Sequence record: SRR2962707_896
DNA length: 64,000 nucleotides
Reading direction: 5' to 3' (one strand)
A model generated the notes under the pieces. That model had not been told where the DNA came from. It saw only the letters and a list, made by a program, of their open reading frames with translations, and did no database searches. The translations under genes and the position numbers were made by a program. How positions within the stretch are numbered: position 1 is the stretch's first letter; the number at the start of each line of letters is the position of its first letter. Positions 19,326 to 29,069 of this stretch are shown piece by piece.

Positions 19326-19377
19326 TTTTCCTCCTTCCTTAATGAACGGGCAAGGATCAGCCCTTTCTACCGGAGGC

Positions 19378-20358
19378 TCAGCTGAATCCCACCACATCAT
19401 GAGGAATGTACGCCTGCTCCAAGGCGGCGATCTCTTCCCCGGACAGCTCCAGGGACAAGGCATTGATCGCATCGTCCAGTTGCGCCGGTTTACTGGCACC
19501 GACAATCGGCGCGGTCACCGGAGACTGATGCAGCAGCCAGGCCAACGCCACTTGCGCACGCGGTACGCCGCGGGCGATGGCCACCTCGCCCACTGCCTCG
19601 ATCACGCCGCGGTCCGCTTCCGCCATTTGCACGTACAGCCCCTTGCCAAATTCGTCGGTACGCTGCCGATCGCTGTCCTGATCCGGCTCCCGCGCCAAAC
19701 GCCCTCGTGCCAGCGGGCTCCACGGCAGCACACCGATGCCCTGATCGGCGCAGAACGGCAGCATCTCCCGCTCTTCCTCCCGGTACAGAAGGTTTAAATG
19801 GTTCTGCATGCTGACGAACTCAGTCCAGCCGTTCTGACGCGAGGTAAACACCGCCTTGGCGAATTGCCAGACGTACATGGACGACGCGCCGATATAGCGA
19901 GCCTTGCCGGCTTTCACCACATCGTGCAGCGCTTCCAGGGTTTCCTCGATGGGGGTGTGATAATCCCAGCGATGGATCTGATACAAATCCACATAATCGG
20001 TACCCAGGCGTGTCAGGCTGTTGTCGATTTCCCGCATGATCGCCTTACGGGACAAGCCGCCGCCATTGGCATCGCCGGACATCGGCATAAATACCTTGGT
20101 GGCCAGCACGATCTCATCACGGCGGGCAAAATCACGAATGGCACGCCCGACGATTTCCTCCGAGGTGCCGTCGGAGTAGGCGTTGGCGGTATCGAAAAAA
20201 TTGATACCCGACTCCAGTGCCTGGCGAATCAACGGCCGGCTGCGCTCCTCATCCAGGGTCCAGGCATGCTTGCCGCGATCGGGAATGCCGTAGGTCATGC
20301 ATCCAAGACAAAGCCTGGACACCTTCAGGCCGGTACGCCCCAGTCGAGTGTATTTCAT
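19378..20358 (-). CDS. Aldo/keto reductase (YajO-like)
   Basis: GLKVSRLCLGCM, FFDTANAYSDG, DLYQIHRWD, WSPLARG. Confidence 0.93.
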   Translation of the reverse strand: MKYTRLGRTGLKVSRLCLGCMTYGIPDRGKHAWTLDEERSRPLIRQALESGINFFDTANAYSDGTSEEIVGRAIRDFARRDEIVLATKVFMPMSGDANGGGLSRKAIMREIDNSLTRLGTDYVDLYQIHRWDYHTPIEETLEALHDVVKAGKARYIGASSMYVWQFAKAVFTSRQNGWTEFVSMQNHLNLLYREEEREMLPFCADQGIGVLPWSPLARGRLAREPDQDSDRQRTDEFGKGLYVQMAEADRGVIEAVGEVAIARGVPRAQVALAWLLHQSPVTAPIVGASKPAQLDDAINALSLELSGEEIAALEQAYIPHDVVGFS

Positions 20359-20540
20359 CTCCGCTCTCCCCGTGCTATTAAAGGACGAAACCAGCACTGA
20401 AAAAATGGGCAGCGATTACGATGCCGTGCCCAATCAGAGACAGTGCATGGTGTTGGTCGCCCCGGTCGGTATCAGGAACTTTATACCCATAGGCCGCGCA
20501 AAACATCCCGTTCAGCCCGGTTTCACAAGGAGGAAGAAAC

Positions 20541-21614
20541 ATGGTCCGGTTCAACCGCTCTTTTGCGCTCCGTCTCGCCACTGCGCTGACTCTGGCCACG
20601 ACGCTGTACGCCACCGCCCAGGCGTGCACCCGTTTGGTCTACCTGGGCCCGAATGACAATGTCATTACCGCCCGATCGATGGACTGGAAAAATGACATCG
20701 CCACGCATCTTTGGATCTTCCCGCGGGGCATGGAACGCAGTGGCGAAGCAGGCAACCGGTCGTTGCACTGGACCTCCCGTTACGGCAGCGTTATCGCTTC
20801 CGGCTACGACATCTCCACCACCGACGGCGTCAACGAGGCCGGCCTGATGGCCAATGTGTTATGGCTGGTGGAATCCCAATACCCTGAATTCACCGGAAAA
20901 AAGCCGGGGCTGACCATCGCCGCCTGGGCACAGTATGTACTGGACAATTTCGCCACGGTGGAGGAAGCGGTAAGTGCGCTGCGTGAAGAGCCCTTCACAA
21001 TCGTCACGGACAAAGTCCCGGGAGAGGAACGTCTCGCCACCCTGCATCTATCGTTATCCGATTCATCCGGCGATAGCGCCATTGTCGAGTACATTGAAGG
21101 GAAACAAGTTATTCACCACGGCCGCCAATACCAAGTGATGACCAATTCCCCCACCTTCGACGAGCAACTGGCCCTGAACGAATACTGGAAACAAATTGGC
21201 GGCACCGTGATGTTGCCTGGAACCAATCGGGCCTCGGATCGTTTCGCTCGCGCCGCCTTCTACGTCGACGCCATCCCCCGCGAACGGGATCCCGACCGGG
21301 CCCTGGCCAGTGTCTTCAGCGTAATCCGCAACGTATCGGTCCCCTACGGCATTTCCACTCCCAACCAGCCGAACATTTCTTCCACCCGCTGGCGCACAGT
21401 AGTGGATCACAAACGGCGGCTGTATTTTTTTGAGTCGGCGTTGACACCCAATACGTTCTGGGTCGACCTGAAGAAAGTCGACTTCTCGGAAGACAGTGGC
21501 CGGGTCAAGAAACTGGATCTGGGCACCAACCAGAACCACACCTACTCCGGCGACGCCACCGACCGCTTCGTCGATACGCCGCCATTCCGTTTTCTGGGGC
21601 TGCCTGAAAGCTGA
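20541..21614 (+). CDS. Linear amide C-N hydrolase (choloylglycine hydrolase / penicillin V acylase family), secreted
   Basis: Signal peptide AQA|CTR exposing the Ntn Cys; ARSMDW, DGVNEAGL, VMTNSP, DRFARA. Confidence 0.9.
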   Translation: MVRFNRSFALRLATALTLATTLYATAQACTRLVYLGPNDNVITARSMDWKNDIATHLWIFPRGMERSGEAGNRSLHWTSRYGSVIASGYDISTTDGVNEAGLMANVLWLVESQYPEFTGKKPGLTIAAWAQYVLDNFATVEEAVSALREEPFTIVTDKVPGEERLATLHLSLSDSSGDSAIVEYIEGKQVIHHGRQYQVMTNSPTFDEQLALNEYWKQIGGTVMLPGTNRASDRFARAAFYVDAIPRERDPDRALASVFSVIRNVSVPYGISTPNQPNISSTRWRTVVDHKRRLYFFESALTPNTFWVDLKKVDFSEDSGRVKKLDLGTNQNHTYSGDATDRFVDTPPFRFLGLPES

Positions 21615-21831
21615 TCAAACGGGAGCCGGCCGGGGCAACAACCGCTTGTGTTCCCTCCATGCCCCTGCCCTTTATTCCTCACCTCCGGCGGCTTCGCTGC
21701 CGGAGCGCTCCGGTATCCCCATCGTCCATGACCAACACCCTAACCGGATTCAAGTCTGGTAATTGACAGTAACCATCGTCTAGGGCACTTTGAATCGCAT
21801 TGTTACCCTGAAAAACCACAGCAGCATAAAA

Positions 21832-22995
21832 ATGAAACAAGCTGATCGGAAAAATCTCTATGAGCGTGCCCTCGCCTCGCTCTCGGGAGAACGTCCGGAG
21901 GGCAACCAGGCATCCGCTTCGATTCCAGTCTCCCGCTATCTGTCCAGGACTGTTTTCGAACAGGAAAGGGACCTGCTCCGCCGTCGCCCGCTTCCAGTGG
22001 CGGCGGCGTCCGAGCTGTCGGCGGCTGGTGACTGGTTGTCCCTGGATTGCTATGACACCCCGTTGTTGCTGGTACGCCAACCCGACGGTACGGTGCGGGC
22101 CTTCCTCAACGTTTGCCGTCATCGTGGCGCGCGCGTGGTGCCCGCCGGGCGCGGTCATGGTGCGCGGTCTTTCGTTTGCCCTTATCACGCCTGGACCTAC
22201 AAACCGGACGGCGACCTCAAGGGGCTGCCGCAGGATTTCGGTTTTCCCTGCCTGGACCGATCACGCTCGGGCCTGCGCCGGCTGGCGGTGAGCGAACGCG
22301 CCGGCATGATCTGGCTGATTCTGGATCCGGATCAGGCCGATCAGGATATCGACACACACCTCGATCCCTTAATGACGGAGCTGGAGACCCAGGACCTAGC
22401 ACAGCCCCAGGGCTTCGCCTCCCGTTCCTATCTGGTGAAGGCAAACTGGAAATTGCTGGTGGACGGCGCCTTCGAGGCGTATCACTTCAAAATTGCCCAC
22501 CGCAACACCATCGCCCACATGTTCACCGACAACCTTCAGATCGTCGACGAGTTCGATCTGAACCGCCGTCTGTACCTGCTCAAGGCCAATTTCGATCCAG
22601 CCTCGCCGCCACCTCGCGACCGGTTCCAGCCACGGGACTACGGCAACATCATCTACTATTTCTTTCCCAACACCACCTTCCTGGTGCAACCGGACCACAC
22701 CCAGTTCAGTACCCTCGAACCCCTGGCTCCCGGCCTCACCCGGGTCCATGAGACCACGCTTCTGCCACAAGCCCCGGACAGCGAAAAAGCACGGAGCTAC
22801 TGGCAGGCCAACGTGGATTTGTACCGCCGCACCCTGGCGGAAGACTACGATCTGGCGGAGTCGATCCAGAGCGGGCTCGCCAGCGGCGCCAATGAAGCGC
22901 TGACGTTCGGTACCTTCGAATACAGCGCCCCGCGCTTTCACCGGCAGTTGCAACAGCTTCTCGAACAGCGCCAGCCCCACGTAGTAACGGTGTAA
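21832..22995 (+). CDS. Rieske non-heme iron oxygenase alpha subunit
   Basis: NVCRHRG...CPYHAW Rieske site; NWK..D...EAYHFKIAH and ED mononuclear Fe site. Confidence 0.9.
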   Translation: MKQADRKNLYERALASLSGERPEGNQASASIPVSRYLSRTVFEQERDLLRRRPLPVAAASELSAAGDWLSLDCYDTPLLLVRQPDGTVRAFLNVCRHRGARVVPAGRGHGARSFVCPYHAWTYKPDGDLKGLPQDFGFPCLDRSRSGLRRLAVSERAGMIWLILDPDQADQDIDTHLDPLMTELETQDLAQPQGFASRSYLVKANWKLLVDGAFEAYHFKIAHRNTIAHMFTDNLQIVDEFDLNRRLYLLKANFDPASPPPRDRFQPRDYGNIIYYFFPNTTFLVQPDHTQFSTLEPLAPGLTRVHETTLLPQAPDSEKARSYWQANVDLYRRTLAEDYDLAESIQSGLASGANEALTFGTFEYSAPRFHRQLQQLLEQRQPHVVTV

Positions 22996-23061
22996 TACCT
23001 CTCAGCCATCGGCCCCTGCTAACTTTTCCCCAGTCCATACCAACAACAGCGGGAGGCCGAC

Positions 23062-23631
23062 ATGGGCGCCAAGACGATTCTGATGATTACCGGTGACTTC
23101 ACCGAGGACTACGAAACCATGGTGCCGTTCCAGGCGCTGCAAGCTGTCGGACATACCGTCCATGCGGTGTGCCCGGACAAGAAGGCGGGCGATACCGTGG
23201 CCACCGCCATCCACGATTTCGAAGGGGATCAGACCTACACCGAGAAGCCGGGGCACCGTTTTGCCCTGAACGCCGACTTCGACGGTGTCGATCCCGCCCG
23301 TTACGACGCGCTGGTGGTGCCCGGTGGCCGGGCGCCGGAATACCTGCGCCTGAACACCGAAGTGCAAAATCTGGTACGGCACTTTTTTGACACCAACAAG
23401 CCGGTGGCCGCCATCTGCCATGGCGCGCAATTACTCGCCGCCGCCGGGGTGCTGGAAGGCCGCACCTGCTCCGCCTACCCGGCTTGTCAGCCGGAAGTGG
23501 AATTGGCCGGAGGTACCTATGCCGGCATCGACGTTGACGATGCGGTAACCGATGGTAATCTGGTAACAGCACCGGCCTGGCCGGCCCACCCGGCCTGGCT
23601 GGCCCAGTTCTTCAAGCTGCTCGACCAATAA
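23062..23631 (+). CDS. PfpI/DJ-1 family protein (glyoxalase III / deglycase-like)
   Basis: [31 protein letters not shown]. Confidence 0.9.
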   Translation: MGAKTILMITGDFTEDYETMVPFQALQAVGHTVHAVCPDKKAGDTVATAIHDFEGDQTYTEKPGHRFALNADFDGVDPARYDALVVPGGRAPEYLRLNTEVQNLVRHFFDTNKPVAAICHGAQLLAAAGVLEGRTCSAYPACQPEVELAGGTYAGIDVDDAVTDGNLVTAPAWPAHPAWLAQFFKLLDQ

Positions 23632-23687
23632 CCGGGCCAGTGCGGGTGCCCCGGCCACGGGTTCGGGGCCACCCGAAGGACCTCATC

Positions 23688-24068
23688 ATGTGCAAGCTGT
23701 TCATCAACGCCGACCCGCAACTCTGGGTCAGCCGTACCCATTCCCTCCGCATCGACGGCATGGTCACCAGTGTGCGCATTGAAAACGCCTTCTGGCGCGT
23801 GCTTGAGGAGGTAGCGGAACGGGACGGCATGAACCTGCCGCAGATGATCACCCGGCTCTATCATGAGTCCATCGACGCCGGCCATGATCTCGGAAATTTC
23901 ACGTCCTTCCTGCGTGTCTGCGCCATGCGCTACCTGGCCCTGCAGTTGAGTGGCGACATCCCCGCCGACAACCGGGTGGCCATCGCCTCCCTGGACGCGG
24001 AAGGCATTCTGGCGCGCGAGCCCGTCAGCGGCGCACCTCGCGGCAGGGCAGTCAAAACCACCCATTAA
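23688..24068 (+). CDS. Ribbon-helix-helix domain protein
   Basis: SLRIDGMVTSVRIENAFWRVLEEVA, NFTSFLRVC. Confidence 0.8.
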   Translation: MCKLFINADPQLWVSRTHSLRIDGMVTSVRIENAFWRVLEEVAERDGMNLPQMITRLYHESIDAGHDLGNFTSFLRVCAMRYLALQLSGDIPADNRVAIASLDAEGILAREPVSGAPRGRAVKTTH

Positions 24069-24095
24069 TCCGTTCGTCTTGCGGGAGTCATGCTC

Positions 24096-24473
24096 ATGAA
24101 CGACCGCCCGATCAAACAACCCGGCCCCGATCATCCGATTGACATCCATCCCACACCAGGGCGCGTGGTGGTGATCGCCGACGGAGCCATCGTCGCCGAC
24201 AGCCGCGCGACACTGACGGTGAGCGAGGCCGACCTGCCGGATGTGTATTACATTCCCCGCGCCGATACCGACCTGTCGTTGCTGACGCCGACACCACTGA
24301 AAACCTACTGTCCGTACAAAGGCGAGGCGAGCTACTTCAGTCTGCCCGGAGAGCAAGGAGAGAACGCCGTGTGGAGTTATCCGAAGCCTTTCCCCGCGGT
24401 AGCGCAAATCAAGGAATACCTGGCGTTCTATCCGGATCGGGTGGAGGACATCCGGGTTCTACCCGAAGCCTGA
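24096..24473 (+). CDS. DUF427 domain protein
   Basis: VYYIPRAD, TYCPYKGEASYF, NAVWSYP, LAFYPDRV. Confidence 0.88.
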   Translation: MNDRPIKQPGPDHPIDIHPTPGRVVVIADGAIVADSRATLTVSEADLPDVYYIPRADTDLSLLTPTPLKTYCPYKGEASYFSLPGEQGENAVWSYPKPFPAVAQIKEYLAFYPDRVEDIRVLPEA

Positions 24474-24489
24474 GGCTCGCGCCCAAGGG

Positions 24490-24966
24490 TCAGGGCATCA
24501 ACCACAGCGCCATCGCCGCGGTGGCGGCCGACGAAGCCGCCGCCAGAGCCCGCACATGGTTCCAGAACGTCCACTCACGCAAGTACAGAGCCCAGTAACG
24601 GTGGGCCTCCTGCGAACCATCCATCATTCGCGCCAGGCGCTCATTGCGGGGGACGTTGAACAACATGGTGACCAGAAACGTACCCAGCAGATAACAGACC
24701 CCGGCAGCGATCATCCACAGCGACCGCCCGGCGTGCCAGGGCACGAAGGCCGCCACGATGGCGGCAACGGAGAGGATTGCCGAGCCCATGAAGATCCCCA
24801 GAAACCCGGGATTGAGCACGGTGACATTGATACGCCGCATGGCATCGGCACCGTGCTCCGGTGGTTGCCCGGCCAGCGCTTTCATGATGAAGGAAGAGAA
24901 CGCGAAGAAGACGCCGGCGATAATGCCCGCGCCAATGCACAGCAGGAAGAGAATCAATACGCTCAT
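24490..24966 (-). CDS. DUF1772 / anthrone oxygenase family membrane protein
   Basis: AGVFFAFSSFIMKAL, FNVPRNERLA, WTFWNHVR. Confidence 0.85.
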   Translation of the reverse strand: MSVLILFLLCIGAGIIAGVFFAFSSFIMKALAGQPPEHGADAMRRINVTVLNPGFLGIFMGSAILSVAAIVAAFVPWHAGRSLWMIAAGVCYLLGTFLVTMLFNVPRNERLARMMDGSQEAHRYWALYLREWTFWNHVRALAAASSAATAAMALWLMP

Positions 24967-25000
24967 GGCAGGCCCTCGGTGGTGACCCCGTTTTATGGTT

Positions 25001-25027
25001 GTCGAGTTGATCCTCGCCGTTTCGACA
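25001..25027 (-). promoter_or_regulatory. ECF42-like sigma promoter upstream of DUF1772 gene
   Basis: Minus strand TGTCGA-N17-CGAC, 34 bp before ATG 24966. Confidence 0.55.
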
Positions 25028-25061
25028 TTAAAGCCACATCATCGAATCGGCATACCCCGCC

Positions 25062-25679
25062 CTACGCCTTTGGAACCTGCTCGGTGGTCACGTGTCCCGG
25101 TTGCCCGCTTACCCGATCCAGCCAGGCCTGAACATGCGGATACAGGGACAGATCAAACCCACCTTCATGAGCTTCGTGCGTGTAGGCATAGAGGGCGATG
25201 TCGGCAATTGAATAGCGTTCGCCAACCATGAACGTGCGCGTGCTCAAGTGCCGGTCCATCACCGCCAACGCCTCATTACCGGCCTTGTGTTTCTGTTCCA
25301 GCAGTTGGCGATTGAACGGCGTCTCTTCAAGCCCCTTGATCGCCAGCCAGAAACGGGCGGTGGCGATGTTCGGTTCATGGCTGTACTGCTCAAAGAACAG
25401 CCATTGCATCACTTGCGCCTGCTCCACCTTATCCCCCGGCCAGTAATCCGTACCCTGCGAAAGATAAAACAGTGCCGCGTTGGACTCCGGCAGGAAAGTG
25501 CCGTCATCCAATTGCAATACCGGAATGCGTCCGTTGGGATTCCTCGCCAGGAACGCCGGAGTACGGGATTCGCCGCGCAGGATGTCCACGGGCACGTATT
25601 GGTAGGGAATCCCCAGTAACGCCAGCAGCAAACGGATCTTGTAACCGTTGCCGGATATCGGGTCATCATACAGAATCAT
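25062..25679 (-). CDS. Glutathione S-transferase
   Basis: SGNGYKIRL, NPNGRIPVL, ESNAAL, YSIADIALYAYTH. Confidence 0.92.
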   Translation of the reverse strand: MILYDDPISGNGYKIRLLLALLGIPYQYVPVDILRGESRTPAFLARNPNGRIPVLQLDDGTFLPESNAALFYLSQGTDYWPGDKVEQAQVMQWLFFEQYSHEPNIATARFWLAIKGLEETPFNRQLLEQKHKAGNEALAVMDRHLSTRTFMVGERYSIADIALYAYTHEAHEGGFDLSLYPHVQAWLDRVSGQPGHVTTEQVPKA

Positions 25680-25701
25680 GGCGTCCTCCTTGCCCTTCCC
25701 G

Positions 25702-26334
25702 TTATTTACGTTCTTCCAGTGACAGCCGGATCGCCAGACCCGCCAGCACGCCGCCCATCAGATAGCGCTGCAACGCCAGCCACAGCGGGTTACGGGCGAA
25801 CCAGCCGGAAATACCAGCGGCGGACAGCGCGATGGCAAGGTTGACGGAAAAACTGACCAGAATCTGCGTCAGCCCCAGCGTGATACTTTGCAGGAACACC
25901 GAGCCGTGCGCCACGGCTATGAACTGAGGAAAAATGGACAAATAGAAGACCGCTATCTTCGGGTTCAACACATTGGTCAGAAACCCCATGAGGAACAGCC
26001 TGCCATCGGAATCCGCCGGCAGATCACGGGGCTCGAACGGCGAACGGGCACCCGGCCTCACCGCCTGCCAGGCCAGCCACAGCAAATACGCGGCACCGGC
26101 CCACTTCAACAGTTCATAAGCCAACGGCACCGCCAGGAACAGGGCGGTCAGCCCCAGCGCCGCCGCCAGCATATGCACCAGAAAGCCCGCGATCACGCCA
26201 AGCAGGGAAATCACACCAGCCCGCCGCCCCTGGCAAATCGAGCGGGAGATCAGATAGATCATGTTGGGGCCCGGTGTCAGCACCATCAGCAGCGCCGCAC
26301 CGGCGAAAACAATCAGATCCTGCAGTGGCACCAT
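25702..26334 (-). CDS. LysE/RhtB family exporter
   Basis: LTPGPNM, GAAYLLWLA, TNVLNPK. Confidence 0.9.
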   Translation of the reverse strand: MVPLQDLIVFAGAALLMVLTPGPNMIYLISRSICQGRRAGVISLLGVIAGFLVHMLAAALGLTALFLAVPLAYELLKWAGAAYLLWLAWQAVRPGARSPFEPRDLPADSDGRLFLMGFLTNVLNPKIAVFYLSIFPQFIAVAHGSVFLQSITLGLTQILVSFSVNLAIALSAAGISGWFARNPLWLALQRYLMGGVLAGLAIRLSLEERK

Positions 26335-26356
26335 GTTTCAGTCCCCCGGTCGCGCC

Positions 26357-26986
26357 TTACACCAGCGCTTCCTCCGGCGTCTTTGTCCCGTCCAGCAGAC
26401 CAAATTCCCGGTTCACCAGAGACGGTGTCCGCACCAGATACAGCAAGGCCACCGCCACATTGGCGCGGGACACGATATTGTCGCCGGCCTCTTCCACGCT
26501 GGTAGCCACCCTGCCGGTGGCGGGATCATCGGTGAGACGGCCCGGCTTGAGAATAACGTAGGGCACGCCCCGGTTCTTCAAGTAATCGTCCGCCGCTTTT
26601 TTCGCCGCCATGTAGGGCCGCAACTTCTCCGGCGCCCGCAGCGGATCGTCGGCGCGCAGGGCGCTCACCATGATATAGCGGGACAGCCCCTTGCTTTTCG
26701 CCAGATCGGCCACCCGCATGGCGCCGTGCAGATCGATCAGCAGTGTCTTGTCCGCCCCGGTATGCGGCCCGGAGCCGGCGGTGAACAACACCTGATCACA
26801 GCCATCGAAGGCATGGTCAAGATCCCCTTCCAGATCCGCCAGCACGGTATCCATGCCCCGTTCCCGGAACCAGGCTTGCTGTTCCGTACTTCGCACCATG
26901 GCCCGGAACGGGACCGCCGTATCTTGCGCCAATTGGCAGAATTGTCGTCCGATCTGCCCGTTGGCGCCGACCACCAGAATCGTCAT
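26357..26986 (-). CDS. Atypical SDR, NAD(P)-binding oxidoreductase
   Basis: GANGQIG, FTAGSG, YMAAK, PGRLTD. Confidence 0.88.
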   Translation of the reverse strand: MTILVVGANGQIGRQFCQLAQDTAVPFRAMVRSTEQQAWFRERGMDTVLADLEGDLDHAFDGCDQVLFTAGSGPHTGADKTLLIDLHGAMRVADLAKSKGLSRYIMVSALRADDPLRAPEKLRPYMAAKKAADDYLKNRGVPYVILKPGRLTDDPATGRVATSVEEAGDNIVSRANVAVALLYLVRTPSLVNREFGLLDGTKTPEEALV

Positions 26987-27024
26987 TGCTCTACTCCTCG
27001 CGGACGCTCTCGCCCTTCGCGCTC

Positions 27025-27420
27025 TCAGTTCAACGGGAGTTTCACATTAACCCAGTCTGCGGAATCCGCAACCTTGCGCCAGACCTCAGCGCCTTCGATG
27101 TGCTCTCGGAGAATCCATTGGCCCGGCCCTGACCAGGCGAGCTCCACATAAGGGCCTTCCAAGCAGCCCGCGGCGACCAAGGCCGCAACCTCATCCACTG
27201 GCCCCGGCATCATACCGCCAGCGGCCACAGGCAGGCGATTCGCCAACAGTTGCCGTAGCTGGCGGTACAATTCGGATTGATCAGAGAACTTCAGAGTATG
27301 ACGCGGCTCACCGCCGCCAGCGAAAACCAGTTCCCCCGACGACACCCCCGTGTGCATGGCGGCGAGATAGCGGGGCGGCTCCCCTTCTCCCAAACAATAG
27401 CGGGCCACCAATGAGCTCAC
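27025..27420 (-). CDS. Hypothetical protein
   Basis: GTG start overlaps the upstream stop (GTGA); fills the gap between two genes. Confidence 0.55.
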   Translation of the reverse strand: MSSLVARYCLGEGEPPRYLAAMHTGVSSGELVFAGGGEPRHTLKFSDQSELYRQLRQLLANRLPVAAGGMMPGPVDEVAALVAAGCLEGPYVELAWSGPGQWILREHIEGAEVWRKVADSADWVNVKLPLN

Positions 27421-28049
27421 GCCGTCGACACCGGAGGCTCGGATTGCTCAATAAAGGCGCCGTTGCCGGCCCGCACGAATTCCGCACCCACTTCCCGGTC
27501 GAGCAGCCCGATAATGCTGTCGTCCTCGGTCAGCACCGCGCCTAGGGATACGTAGGCGGTATTATCCGGATCATCCAGATAGGCAGGATCCTCGTTGCCG
27601 GCAAGAATGCGCCAACCGCTGTCATCTTCGGATTCCGGCGTCTCCCGGTAGAGCAAGCCCACCGGTTCACCATCGCTCAACACTTTTCTGGTGACGAAAC
27701 AGCGTGGCAGATATTTGTCGGCAAGGCTGAGAACAGGATCAGGAATCTGTACCCCCATGATGTGACGAGCCTCGAACCGCACCAGATCATGGGCTCGCAG
27801 GTCTTTTATATAGAGAGGGATATTCTCCAGGCTCCCGCTGAAACGATGATCATCATGGATGTCGGTGATCAACACCCACATCCGCTCCGCCCCTGGCGCC
27901 TGAGGGTCGTCACTGTCGAACTCGAAAATCAGCTTGGCCAGATCGCCGATGCGAAGCCGGGCAATGGCTTCCGGCGACGGCTTGTAGAAAGTGTAGGGAT
28001 AGTGATCCGCCAGCGCCTGGGCATCACCCAGCCTCCAACTGTTGTCCAT
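27417..28049 (-). CDS. DUF2185 / Imm33-like immunity-type protein
   Basis: N-domain ERMWV..G.LEN.P; C-domain LYRE.P...DSGWRILAGNE...Y.DDPDN...SLG. Confidence 0.75.
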   Translation of the reverse strand: MDNSWRLGDAQALADHYPYTFYKPSPEAIARLRIGDLAKLIFEFDSDDPQAPGAERMWVLITDIHDDHRFSGSLENIPLYIKDLRAHDLVRFEARHIMGVQIPDPVLSLADKYLPRCFVTRKVLSDGEPVGLLYRETPESEDDSGWRILAGNEDPAYLDDPDNTAYVSLGAVLTEDDSIIGLLDREVGAEFVRAGNGAFIEQSEPPVSTA

Positions 28050-28095
28050 CAGATTCCGCCCCTTGATGTCATCCCATGGTTCCTTATTGGATCCG

Positions 28096-28872
28096 CTACT
28101 TCAGAAAGGAGCGGAAAAACCGGCTCAAGGCGGTCAGGTCCTCGGTTCGTTCGGCGGGGTCTTCCTGATAACTGGCCAGGCGCGAGAGCTCCTTCTCGAT
28201 AAACCGGTTCAAGGTCGGGATCACCGGCACGAATTCCTTTTCCTGACTACGCTTCTTGCGTTCCAGCAGCTTGCTGATCTCATCGTTTACCCCCGGCGCA
28301 TCCGTGAGGGTTTCACGCAGGCGCTCGAACTCGATGGGGGCGGGCTCGCCATGGGTCTCAAGCCAGCGGATCGCAAGCAGCGGCCTGAGCACGTAAAAGT
28401 ACTTTTTCAACGGCACCAACTGGGCTTTCAGGTATCCCTTATAGTTGGTCTTGGCCATGCTGTGGTAGTGGTGCACACCCTTCGCCACCGAGTATATACC
28501 CGGCATCAGCGAGCGGACGCCTTCGGAGAAGGCACGGTCGTCCACATAGACAATGGGGGACTGCATCCACTCGACAAAGGACGGATTGGACTTCCAGAAC
28601 AGTTTCAATGCCTTACGCAGATCCCAGCCATTGATGTCGATGTCGTCGACGATTTCGTACTCGATGACATCGCGCTTGTCTTCCAGATCCACACTGAGAT
28701 ACCAGTCGTGGGGGTGCACATAGACAAAGCGCACATCATAGTCACTGTTCGGGGAGGCAAACCCCCAGGCCCGGCTGCCGGATTCCACGGCATAAAGCAC
28801 ACGTACCCCATGTTCCTGCTCCGCGTCGCGAATGCGGCGCATGATTTCTTCTCTTACTGCCTCATCAATCAT
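28096..28872 (-). CDS. Pol-beta superfamily nucleotidyltransferase (YcgL/RlaP-like)
   Basis: ESGSRAWGFASPNSDYDVRF, GWDLRKAL, SNP..EW..SP, KKYFYVLRPLLA. Confidence 0.85.
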   Translation of the reverse strand: MIDEAVREEIMRRIRDAEQEHGVRVLYAVESGSRAWGFASPNSDYDVRFVYVHPHDWYLSVDLEDKRDVIEYEIVDDIDINGWDLRKALKLFWKSNPSFVEWMQSPIVYVDDRAFSEGVRSLMPGIYSVAKGVHHYHSMAKTNYKGYLKAQLVPLKKYFYVLRPLLAIRWLETHGEPAPIEFERLRETLTDAPGVNDEISKLLERKKRSQEKEFVPVIPTLNRFIEKELSRLASYQEDPAERTEDLTALSRFFRSFLK

Positions 28873-29069
28873 AATCCGGTTCTACCTCTTCCTCCGGTTG
28901 GTCATCGCCGGTTCGCCCTTACCACCACCATCACAACAATGGAGCATGACATGCAACCCTGTCAGCGCCGGGCAAGCGGGTTCACCAGTATGCTCGTGAC
29001 CGCGACCATCCTGAGTGTACCCGTATGCCGTTTCGGCTACTTTTTACGTTCCTTGATGGATCCGCGGGA

